Made by a program: the position numbers and the translations under genes. Below, in pieces: positions 11,775 to 20,053 of a stretch of 64,000 nt of DNA (positions are counted from its first letter, which is position 1; every line of letters begins with the position of its first letter). The stretch comes from Nitrospira sp. (GTDB lineage Bacteria; Nitrospirota; Nitrospiria; Nitrospirales; Nitrospiraceae): the NCBI GenBank assembly GCA_047150005.1, contig AP038806.1:2880001-2944000 (forward strand), in the 5' to 3' direction. The notes beneath the pieces are model-generated. The model was not told the origin of the DNA, did no database searches, and saw only the letters and a program-made list of their open reading frames with translations.

Positions 11775-12824
11775 TTACGTACGTTGACGCTCCCGGTATC
11801 GGCATAAGTTGCCTTCCGGTGTTGTCGCGTCGGCGGGTGCGACCGGAATAAATCCGGGGAATCCATTTTTAGCCAGGAGCATGAGCCAGGTGACGAAGAC
11901 GAATGCGGAGGTCAACACCGGCATACCGGACGGTTCCAAAAAGACCCCGAGTGAAGCCCATACGCGGGCCGTGACCAATACGCCGATGACCGTATAGACG
12001 ATTCCAGACCAGTTCAACACGAGAAACATGCCGCCGAGAGCCATGGCCGTCAGCGCAGCATTATAGCCGAACAGGCCGTCGCGGATCGCTTCGTCATGGG
12101 CTCCGTAGAGTACCGCACTGGCAGCGGCCAACGTCGATCCCATGAGCGCCATGGCGGCGCCGATTCGGGTGTTGATCGCGATTCCGATCAGGATGACGAT
12201 GCCAGTCACCCAATTGTCCTGGAAAAAGATCTCGGCAATCCCCATCGTGATGCCGTGAAACCAGGTGATCCCGGTATAGTCCGGTCGCGGACCCGTAAAG
12301 TCGGATGGTGAGGTCGGCTTGAGCGCGTTGGACACGTCGATCGTGGTGAACGTGAGCAAGGCGCCGAGAAAGAACCAGGTTGCCAGTACGAACGGCATTG
12401 TCAGTCCGGGTACCTTGTGGGGACCGAGCAGGGCTCCAACGGCAGGGGTAATCACCGTCGTGAACGCGGCACAGAGCACGATGTAGAGCCACAGATAGAG
12501 ATTGGGTAGCTCGCCTGTCGTGAAATTAGGACTCGTGTAAGCGACGAGGGCGATGGCGATCAATGCTCCGTTGAAACCGAATAGGCCATCCTTGATCATG
12601 CCCTTGTCCGCTTTGAAACATAGGGCTGTTGCAGTGCTGACAATGGTCCCGAAGAGACACACGACGCCGTAAATCCAAGAATTATAGAAAATCCCCGCCA
12701 GGATCACGGCTCCGGAGATCGGATTGTTCTGGAACACAACTTGGCCGATTCCCCGCAAGACCCAGTCAACGAATCCGAACGAAGGATGGTCTCGGAACTG
12801 GTCTTGGAATACGGTCGATGCCAC
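11775..12824 (-). CDS. UT-family urea channel (Yut/Utp-like)
   Basis: Duplicated UT repeats GIGQVVFQNN / GIAEIFFQDN and GLFGFNG / GLFGYNA, LTMPF. GTG start with GGAGG RBS. Confidence 0.9.
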   Translation of the reverse strand: MASTVFQDQFRDHPSFGFVDWVLRGIGQVVFQNNPISGAVILAGIFYNSWIYGVVCLFGTIVSTATALCFKADKGMIKDGLFGFNGALIAIALVAYTSPNFTTGELPNLYLWLYIVLCAAFTTVITPAVGALLGPHKVPGLTMPFVLATWFFLGALLTFTTIDVSNALKPTSPSDFTGPRPDYTGITWFHGITMGIAEIFFQDNWVTGIVILIGIAINTRIGAAMALMGSTLAAASAVLYGAHDEAIRDGLFGYNAALTAMALGGMFLVLNWSGIVYTVIGVLVTARVWASLGVFLEPSGMPVLTSAFVFVTWLMLLAKNGFPGFIPVAPADATTPEGNLCRYRERQRT

Positions 12825-12966
12825 GGAGGCCTCCTCTATGTCCTTTTGAAGCGCATATTCTCCTCGCCGGCGCGATTCTAATCAATCGGTACTGCCGCAG
12901 TAACTGTCAATTTTGACAGGCATTTCGGTCGGCGAGGGACCGAGGGATTTGGGGCGAGGATACCCT

Positions 12967-12996
12967 TTGACAGGCCGAAGGGCCGAATGTTACCGT
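12967..12996 (+). promoter_or_regulatory. Putative sigma70-type promoter of nadE (TTGACA-N15-TGT-TACCGT)
   Basis: Perfect -35 and extended -10-like TGn. Same geometry as at 18092, 21644 and 29598. Confidence 0.55.
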
Positions 12997-13010
12997 GACG
13001 CCAGTTTTCC

Positions 13011-13102
13011 GGAGACAACGGCGTCTCCAAAATCGGTACCTTGTCGAATACAGGACAATGACGTCCTCGATCCCGCCCCCTGGGGTCGAGGGCGTTTTTT
13101 TT
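13011..13102 (+). promoter_or_regulatory. ANTAR-type dual-hexaloop leader with overlapping intrinsic terminator (nadE)
   Basis: GGAGAC-AACGGC-GTCTCC, 23 nt, AGGAC-AATGAC-GTCCT. Terminator GACGTCCTCGATCCC...GGGGTCGAGGGCG followed by T8. Confidence 0.8.
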
Positions 13103-13127
13103 GGTTGTTTGAATTTGGGTTGACCGG

Positions 13128-14903
13128 ATGCGCACATTTCGCATCGCCATGGTGCAGATGAACCCGACGGTCGGCGACTTGGACGGCAACGCGCGCCGCA
13201 TCCTTCGTTGGCTTCGCGAAGCGCGCAAAGCGAAGCCAGACCTTGTCGCGTTTCCGGAATTGGCCGTCACGGGATACCCGCCCGAAGACCTTCTGTTGAA
13301 GCCGAAGTTCGTCGAGGACAATCGCCGCGTCTTGAGCGAGGTCGCGCGCGGGGTGAGGGACGTCGTCGCTATCGTGGGATACGTCGGCCAGGAAGAATCG
13401 GCCGGTCGTCATGCGCCGTCCTCCCCCGTCGTGGCGGCGGGCCGGCACGAAATCTACAACGCCGCAGCGCTGTTGGCGGAAGGACGGCTGGTGACGACCT
13501 ATGCCAAGCGGCACTTGCCCAACTACGGGGTGTTTGACGAGAGCCGGTATTTCACGCCCGGGCGCCGGCTGCCGCTGGTCACGATCAACGGCACCGTCGT
13601 CGCGGTCAACATTTGCGAGGATATCTGGCTGCCCAACGGCCCGACGCGACGACAGGCGGCGGCCGGGGCGGAAATCATCGTCAACATCAATGCCTCGCCG
13701 TTTCACCTGGGCAAGAGCCGCTCGCGCGAGCAGATGTTGGCCACCCGTGCCCGGGACAACGGGGTGATCGTGACCTATACGAACATGGTCGGAGGGCAGG
13801 ATGAGCTGGTGTTCGACGGTCACAGCGTGGTCCTCGACCATACAGGCGATCTCGTCGCGAGGGCCAAGGGTTTCGAGGAAGATCTGCTGGTGGTCGATCT
13901 GAACGTGGAAACGGTGGCCAGGTCCAGGGCCGCTAGAGGCAGAACGCCTCGCGCGGAGCCGTCGGCCGCGATGTCCGTCGAGAGAGTCGTTCTTCGTACC
14001 AAGCCCCGGATGAAGCGGGCCCGAGTCATTGCGCCGGTCGAGCCGCTCGCCGATCCGTTGGACGAAGTGTACGAAGCGTTGACGGTGGGCGTGCGTGATT
14101 ACGTGAAGAAGAACGGGTTCAGGCACGTGCTCATCGGACTCAGCGGCGGCATCGACTCCGCCTTGACGGCCGTGGTCGCCGTCGATGCCTTGGGAGCCGA
14201 CCACGTGCTGGGAGTGTTCATGCCGTCCCCCTATACGTCGCGCGAGAGCCGCGAGGACACGATCGAACTGGTCCGGAGGCTGGCCATTCGGATGAAGACC
14301 CTGTCGATCACTCCGACGTTCAAGGCCTACCTCCGAACATTGGACGGGGCGTTCGCCGAGACGAAGGTGGATACGACGGAGGAAAACCTCCAGGCCCGCA
14401 TCCGCGGAAATCTGCTCATGGCGCTGTCCAACAAGTTCGGTCATTTGGTGCTGACGACGGGCAACAAAAGCGAGATGAGCGTGGGCTATGCCACATTGTA
14501 CGGCGACATGGCCGGCGGGTTCGCGGTCATCAAGGACGTCCCCAAGACGATGGTCTATGAACTGGCGCATCGCCGGAATCGTCGCGGGGGACGTCCGGTG
14601 ATTCCCAAACGGATCCTCGATCGTGCGCCGACGGCGGAATTGAGAGCCAACCAGAAGGACGAAGACAATCTGCCCCCCTATGCCGTGCTGGACCCCATTC
14701 TCAAGGCCTACGTCGAGGACGACCGGTCGGTGGAAGAAATGGTGGACATGGGTTTCGATCGCAGGACCGTATTGCGGATCGTGGCGTTGGTGGACCGCAG
14801 CGAGTACAAACGCCGTCAGGCCCCGGTCGGCATCAAGATCACCCATCGGGGGCTCGGCAAGGATCGCCGGATGCCCATTACGAGCAGCTATCGCAACTGT
14901 TAG
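13128..14903 (+). CDS. nadE: Glutamine-dependent NAD+ synthetase
   Basis: Nitrilase domain (FPEL, K.HLPNYGVFDE, ICEDIW) plus synthetase domain (SGGIDS, ENLQARIRG, TGNKSE, SEYKRRQ). Confidence 0.96.
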   Translation: MRTFRIAMVQMNPTVGDLDGNARRILRWLREARKAKPDLVAFPELAVTGYPPEDLLLKPKFVEDNRRVLSEVARGVRDVVAIVGYVGQEESAGRHAPSSPVVAAGRHEIYNAAALLAEGRLVTTYAKRHLPNYGVFDESRYFTPGRRLPLVTINGTVVAVNICEDIWLPNGPTRRQAAAGAEIIVNINASPFHLGKSRSREQMLATRARDNGVIVTYTNMVGGQDELVFDGHSVVLDHTGDLVARAKGFEEDLLVVDLNVETVARSRAARGRTPRAEPSAAMSVERVVLRTKPRMKRARVIAPVEPLADPLDEVYEALTVGVRDYVKKNGFRHVLIGLSGGIDSALTAVVAVDALGADHVLGVFMPSPYTSRESREDTIELVRRLAIRMKTLSITPTFKAYLRTLDGAFAETKVDTTEENLQARIRGNLLMALSNKFGHLVLTTGNKSEMSVGYATLYGDMAGGFAVIKDVPKTMVYELAHRRNRRGGRPVIPKRILDRAPTAELRANQKDEDNLPPYAVLDPILKAYVEDDRSVEEMVDMGFDRRTVLRIVALVDRSEYKRRQAPVGIKITHRGLGKDRRMPITSSYRNC

Positions 14904-15101
14904 CCCGCATTATCCAGTATGCCGTGAAAAGGTGATGTGTGTCCGGCAGGCGCAAGTCCTGTCGGAGCTGAGGGAAAAGACTCCCGGTACCTTTGCTCTC
15001 TCCCGCGGTACTCACTCGGGAAGTGAGGTACAGCGGAGCCTGACCACATCGGTGTGCGGAGGCCCTCCTCCACTGCGTTTCGGCTGACCTGGTCCGCGCT
15101 G

Positions 15102-16151
15102 TCATGGCGCTGTGTGCTGGAGATTGGAAGGCGGTTTGGGCTTCCCCTTGCGGCCGTCCGGCCGCGCGGTTTGTTCTTCGAGTTGTTTTTTGATAGATTG
15201 CAATTCCTTCCTGAGGGTTTCCAATTCCAGATCCTTCTTGATGACCAAGTCTTTGAGCGTGTGAATTTCCGCCTCGCGCTGTGCGAGGGTCTCAGCGGTC
15301 TGAGAAGGGGTTTCGGCTCTCCCGGATTCCGGCAGAGCCCCGTGAGTCGGCGCGATCACGTGTTTTGCTGGAGAGGGGAACTGTTCGCCGACTGCCTCGG
15401 AAGGCGATGCACGTTGCAGCAGTTGGTAATCAATCGCGACCGTCCTACCGGGCGAGGTTTCTCCAGTCTGTCGATGAACACTCTCCGGGCGTTGAGCGGC
15501 GCTCGGCGTGAACTGCAAAGAGCGATCGGAGAGGCCTGACGTATCAAGGAGACGAAGGCGGGGGGTACCGTCCGGCTTGGGCTGGGTCTGACCCGGGGCA
15601 TAGTGAAATTGGGAAAGTGTGACATACAGAGACAGGTCATAGGCGTAGAGAGAGCCAGCGGTGGTTTCCGCGAGGGCATTCTCGAATCGCCCGGAATGTC
15701 GCCGAGGGCTTCTGACGACGAAGGCCACGGCCTCTCCCGCCGTCGCGGTCGACAGGGCCTTGGCAATCCTGGGGGTCAGGAACTGGACTTCTTCATCCGA
15801 AAAAACAGAGATGTCTGAAGATGATCCCTCCAGCATTTCCTGAAGGGCGCGCTGATGCTCGTGGACGCGGAGCCCGCTCAGGACGAGAGCAATAAGAGGT
15901 TGATTCAGAATGATCGGGTGGCTGGCCTGGATCGATCGGTCGGAGATCGCCTGAAGCGATACGGTTCCTCGTGGATCTTCCGGGCGCGCCTCGCCTGCCG
16001 GTGGTGTCGTGCTGCATGCGGGAACCGCCAGACAAAGCAAGGCGAGGAGAAGCGAGTGGGTGTGAGATTTGCTGCCTCTTGCCGAATGATCGTGTGAGAT
16101 GGCCATAGGTGGGACCGGGGTCCGGGTGGTTGTCCGCGTGGATGCGGACAC
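15102..16151 (-). CDS. Hypothetical lipoprotein with C-terminal coiled coil
   Basis: Lipobox-like LAVPAC, heptad-rich tail (EIHTLKDLVIKKDLELETLRKEL). Start uncertain. Confidence 0.6.
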   Translation of the reverse strand: MSASTRTTTRTPVPPMAISHDHSARGSKSHTHSLLLALLCLAVPACSTTPPAGEARPEDPRGTVSLQAISDRSIQASHPIILNQPLIALVLSGLRVHEHQRALQEMLEGSSSDISVFSDEEVQFLTPRIAKALSTATAGEAVAFVVRSPRRHSGRFENALAETTAGSLYAYDLSLYVTLSQFHYAPGQTQPKPDGTPRLRLLDTSGLSDRSLQFTPSAAQRPESVHRQTGETSPGRTVAIDYQLLQRASPSEAVGEQFPSPAKHVIAPTHGALPESGRAETPSQTAETLAQREAEIHTLKDLVIKKDLELETLRKELQSIKKQLEEQTARPDGRKGKPKPPSNLQHTAP

Positions 16152-16334
16152 GTGTAGCCGGGCGAGTCGCCTCCGTGCTTGCGATGTCGACGTGATCTGA
16201 CAGACCCTGAGCGAGAGGAGATTCCTTGACCGGGTTCGTCCCGGCTGACCGGTTCAAATCTACGGTTGCGGAGAAGCGGTGATGACCGCTTCTCCGACGC
16301 GCGCTCCAGCCGAAACGTCGTCGGGCCGCGACGG

Positions 16335-16754
16335 TCAGTTCGCCCGCTCTCTTGCATACATCCGTTGCGCCTTCTCTCTGTGTTCAGCTGCGAGTTGCCG
16401 CAATTCAGTGGACTGCTTCCACTTGGACTGGGCCGCGATGGTCAAGCTGGCGCGTCGAAATCCCTTTGTATCCGTGAGCGGTGTAATCGATGCCGCCGTC
16501 CGTTCGTACTTGAGCGCTTCGTCTTCTACCGAATCCGCGGTGCTCTCATAGAACTTGGCGATCTCCTCCAGCTCCGCCGCCGTCCAGGGCTTGTCCTGAG
16601 TTCCCTTGTCGGTTGTCTCGGCCCATGCTTGAGGTACGGACTCGCTCCTCAGATCCTTTCCCGATGTCAAATACCACGTCCCTGTGATCCCCAGCACAAG
16701 GCCGATACAAACCGACAACGCCGTTCGCATGAGTCGACCTCCTATTGCTGTCAT
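16335..16754 (-). CDS. Small exported helical protein, distant paralog of the 18.2-19.1 kb pair
   Basis: N-terminal TM/signal. Shares ASI.PL.DTKGFRR..L with 18243 and 18676. Confidence 0.7.
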   Translation of the reverse strand: MTAIGGRLMRTALSVCIGLVLGITGTWYLTSGKDLRSESVPQAWAETTDKGTQDKPWTAAELEEIAKFYESTADSVEDEALKYERTAASITPLTDTKGFRRASLTIAAQSKWKQSTELRQLAAEHREKAQRMYARERAN

Positions 16755-16891
16755 GGTGAGGTGGAATCGGCGTCGTGATTCGGCGCCGCCATTTCCGATT
16801 CCTCATCCTCTAATCGTCAAACTCCCTTTCTTCCGAGAGCTTCTACCATACTTGATCATGATTGTCAGGATGAGGCGTGGTCGAGCGCTCT

Positions 16892-17812
16892 TCAACCGAC
16901 CGGGCAAGGGCTCCAACGTAGGTCGCTCTTCTGCACCCATCCAGCCAGTCCCTGTTCGGTATGAATACGAAGAAACGCACCATCCAACGGCGTGTGTTCT
17001 CCGAGGGCGAATTCCGACCCCAACGTTCCAACGACGGGTCCCTCCCCCGGTGAAGACCGTATGACGACCCCGCTTCGCTCCGGCACATGGCAGACCAGCG
17101 GCGAGATTGCCTCGACATGGTATCCGATCTCATGAGATTCAAAGGTTTCGCGGGTTGGGGTTTGTTTTGCCGGGTCGATCGAGTCCCGGTCCGCATCCCG
17201 TATCGCGCGAAGCGGTCGCGCTGATTCAGCCGTTGCCTCTCCGTGAAGGGACAACGCAGCCTGCGTAAGGGGAAGCGCCTTCATCACAGACTCTGCGAGA
17301 TCCACCAAAAGATCCGAAGCCGGAACGGTACGAGATTGAGTGAGACCCTCATCGGCCAGAGCTGCCCGTGTTTCAATCAGGTGAACGCGATATCCGTCAC
17401 GGTAGGGTTGAATGCAGGCCGTGAACCGATAGACCGTCTGGGACACCCCGCGGAGTCCCTCGATCATCGCTAACGAGTGAGGACAGATTACATGAGGGAA
17501 ATTCACGGCGCCCAAGCGGTGCAGGGTCAACACCCTGCTCTCGACAAGTACTCCTGAAGGGACAAGGGGCACCGGGGTGGGCATGGCCCCCTCGGTCACG
17601 GTCGGTGGTGCCTTCAGGACACGCAGAAAGGAATCCTGCAGCACGCGGATCATGGCATTCGGGTCCACGTCGCCGGGAAGATCGTAGGCCTTCAAGGCAG
17701 CGGGCGGAACATCCGACTCCACCGGAGATCTCCAGGACGCGCATCCCGCAACGAGGGTGGCGAATCCGAGAAGCAGCGCAGCGTAATTGATCATCATGTG
17801 CCGGGCACGCAT
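16892..17812 (-). CDS. Hypothetical lipoprotein with probable C-terminal SH3b-like domain
   Basis: Lipobox LVAGC. C-terminal VIRSSPG..PVVGTL...RIHTEQGLAGWV matches the bacterial SH3 pattern. GAGGAG RBS. Confidence 0.65.
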   Translation of the reverse strand: MRARHMMINYAALLLGFATLVAGCASWRSPVESDVPPAALKAYDLPGDVDPNAMIRVLQDSFLRVLKAPPTVTEGAMPTPVPLVPSGVLVESRVLTLHRLGAVNFPHVICPHSLAMIEGLRGVSQTVYRFTACIQPYRDGYRVHLIETRAALADEGLTQSRTVPASDLLVDLAESVMKALPLTQAALSLHGEATAESARPLRAIRDADRDSIDPAKQTPTRETFESHEIGYHVEAISPLVCHVPERSGVVIRSSPGEGPVVGTLGSEFALGEHTPLDGAFLRIHTEQGLAGWVQKSDLRWSPCPVG

Positions 17813-17864
17813 GGGTGTCTCCTCAATGTGTCCTTGCTTTGATTCAACGCAGTCGAGTCAACCC

Positions 17865-18050
17865 AAAAAAAAACGCCTTCTGGTCCCACGGGACCGGAAG
17901 ACGTCATCGTCCGTTTGCCGGGGATCAGCCCGGCCGGAGGCGTCATCGCCTCCACATTCACTGTTTCAAAACAAAAAAAAGGACCTCTGGTCAACGAGAC
18001 CGGAGGACCTCACTGTCCACACACCGCGACAAGAAACGCCTTTGTCTCCT
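17865..18050 (-). promoter_or_regulatory. Tandem ANTAR-type leaders, each with a terminator, upstream of the lipoprotein operon
   Basis: Minus strand: AGGAGAC-AAAGGC-GTTTCTT / GGAC-AGTGAG-GTCC with terminator (T8), then GGAGGC-GATGAC-GCCTCC / GGAC-GATGAC-GTCT with terminator (T9). Confidence 0.72.
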
Positions 18051-18062
18051 GCCACGCGATTG

Positions 18063-18092
18063 TGTTTAGCAGAGAACCACCGACTCTGTCAA
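18063..18092 (-). promoter_or_regulatory. Putative promoter TTGACA-N15-TGC-TAAACA
   Basis: Perfect -35 immediately upstream of the tandem leader. Confidence 0.5.
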
Positions 18093-18242
18093 TACCCGGA
18101 CCCATCAACGGAGAAAGCCCTTAGAAGCCCATCCGAATCGAGAAGGAGTTGATGGCGGAGATAGGGAGGTGGAAGAAAGAACGTTGCGGGGTCAAGGCCA
18201 TTCGGGCGTCCGACTCGGATCTTGGCCCCGCCGCTGGTGCGC

Positions 18243-18644
18243 CTACTGGGGTTGCTGCTTGCCGAACATCGCGTTCGCCTTGGTCTCATGCGCGGCATAG
18301 AGCTGCTGCATCTCGCCTGCGTATAGCTGGTAGGTCTGCGCCGCCGTCATGAGTGCGCTGCGCCGGAATCCCTTGGTATCCTCAAGCGGCCTGATCGACG
18401 CCGCAGCCTTCTCAAACGTGTCTGCTTTGGTGTGGGCCCGCTCGGCTTCTTTCTGGTACACAAGAGCTGCAGCAAGATGGTCATCGGCCGTGCCCTGGGA
18501 TGCGACGCGGGTTTGAAGGTCTTGCGGGAGGACCTGATCCTTGGCGAACGAGCAGCCCACGTTTCCGATCAGGGTGAACGAAAGAAGCGCCGGGATCGCC
18601 CAGAGCATCTGCACCATGGTCCGTTTCTCATCTCTGCTGGTCAT
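18243..18644 (-). CDS. Small exported helical protein, copy A of tandem duplication
   Basis: Signal/lipobox-like NVGC, DHLAAALVYQKEA motif, GGAGG RBS. Confidence 0.75.
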   Translation of the reverse strand: MTSRDEKRTMVQMLWAIPALLSFTLIGNVGCSFAKDQVLPQDLQTRVASQGTADDHLAAALVYQKEAERAHTKADTFEKAAASIRPLEDTKGFRRSALMTAAQTYQLYAGEMQQLYAAHETKANAMFGKQQPQ

Positions 18645-19090
18645 TGTGCACCTCCTCCAATCATTTTCCGGGTATTTACTGCGGCCGCTGATGGCCCAGC
18701 ATAGTTTCGGCCTTGGCCTGATGCGCGGCGTAGAGCTGCTGCATCTCGCCTGCGTATTGCTGGTAGGTCTGCGCCGCCGTCATGAGTGCGCTGCGCCGGA
18801 ATCCCTTGGTATCCTCAAGCGGCCTGATCGACGCCGCAGCCTTCTCAAACGTGTCTGCCTTGGTGTGGGCCCGCTCGGCTTCTTTCTGGTACACAAGAGC
18901 TGCAGCAAGATGGTCATCGGCCGTGCCCTGGGATGCGACGCGGGTTTGAAGGTCTTGCGGGAGGACCTGATCCTTGGCGAACGAGCAGCCCACGTTTCCG
19001 ATCAGGGTGAACGAAAGAAGCGCCGGGATCGCCCAGAGCATCTGCACCATGGTCCGTTTCTCGTCTCTGCTGGTCATTGTGTACCTCCCT
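18288..19090. repeat. Direct tandem duplication, period 433 bp
   Basis: ~18288-18657 is nearly identical to ~18721-19090. Confidence 0.9.
18676..19077 (-). CDS. Small exported helical protein, copy B of tandem duplication
   Basis: Same length (133 aa) and near-identical to copy A except the last ~12 aa. Confidence 0.75.
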   Translation of the reverse strand: MTSRDEKRTMVQMLWAIPALLSFTLIGNVGCSFAKDQVLPQDLQTRVASQGTADDHLAAALVYQKEAERAHTKADTFEKAAASIRPLEDTKGFRRSALMTAAQTYQQYAGEMQQLYAAHQAKAETMLGHQRPQ

Positions 19091-19397
19091 TTTGATGTGC
19101 CCATCCTACCCAACAGGTGGAATCCTCTGTATCAGGTAATCACCTGGGAAGTGTCGCGGAATCTACTGACAAGGGCGGGAAATTCAACCGAATTGAGCGT
19201 TTAGCCCATATGATCTATGACCGCTGCTACTGTAAGAAGCCCGGGGGGACGCACCTGGTCGTGAAGTCGAACGGGAAGGACCTCTCTGCTGCAAGACGAT
19301 CGAACGCGGCGGGTCCACGCGTCCGTCTCGCGTGCCGACTGCGCGACTTCGCGGCGAACCGTCATGAATAATGTGGGCTATGCGGGCACCCGGGGGG

Positions 19398-20051
19398 TCA
19401 GGAGTCTGCGGTGATGAGCCCGATGCGGATCGCATACCGGACGAGGCCGGCAATATCATGAATATCCAAGCGCTGCATCAGCTCGGTTCGATGGGTATCG
19501 ACGGTCTTGACGCTGAGGTTGAGTTTTTGCGCGATGTCCTTGGTGGAATGCCCTTCCGCGACCAATTGGAGGACTTCACGTTGGCGCGGAGTCAGTTCTT
19601 GAACGGGACTGGTCGTGACTCCCTCCGGGTGCAAGTAATTCTGCACCACCTGCTTTGAGACGGCAGGGGCGAGATAGGTCTCGCCCCGCATGACCGCCTT
19701 GATCGCCAGTTCCAGCTCTGCGGGGTCCGCGCCCTTGAGCAGGTAGCCTGCCGCGCCGGCCTGCAGCGCCCGCCGGACATATTCTTCATTGGCATGCATC
19801 GAGAGAATGATGATGCGAGGCGCGGGAGCAAGTTTCACCATTCTGGCCGCCGCTTCCAGACCGTTGAGTTCCGGCATGCCGATATCCATGATCACAATAT
19901 CGGGTCGGTGTTGTTCGGCGAGCTGGAGGGCCTCATGCCCGTTGCCCGCCTCCGCGACCACCTGGACCAGCTCAAGACTTTTCAAGAGGGCGCGAAGGCC
20001 GGCCCTCATGAGGCGATGATCATCGGCGAGGAGAACCCGAATCATAGGCAT
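19398..20051 (-). CDS. NarL/LuxR-family response regulator
   Basis: REC (LADDH, MDIGMP) plus LuxR HTH (LTPRQREVLQLVAEG..TKDIA..L.LS.KTV..HR). Confidence 0.93.
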   Translation of the reverse strand: MPMIRVLLADDHRLMRAGLRALLKSLELVQVVAEAGNGHEALQLAEQHRPDIVIMDIGMPELNGLEAAARMVKLAPAPRIIILSMHANEEYVRRALQAGAAGYLLKGADPAELELAIKAVMRGETYLAPAVSKQVVQNYLHPEGVTTSPVQELTPRQREVLQLVAEGHSTKDIAQKLNLSVKTVDTHRTELMQRLDIHDIAGLVRYAIRIGLITADS

Positions 20052-20053
20052 CG

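Noticed and set aside
12990..14846. 618-aa antisense ORF over nadE (also long antisense ORFs over glnD, the porin, amt and uup)
   Set aside because: Shadow ORFs expected from high-GC codon bias; no recognisable motifs.
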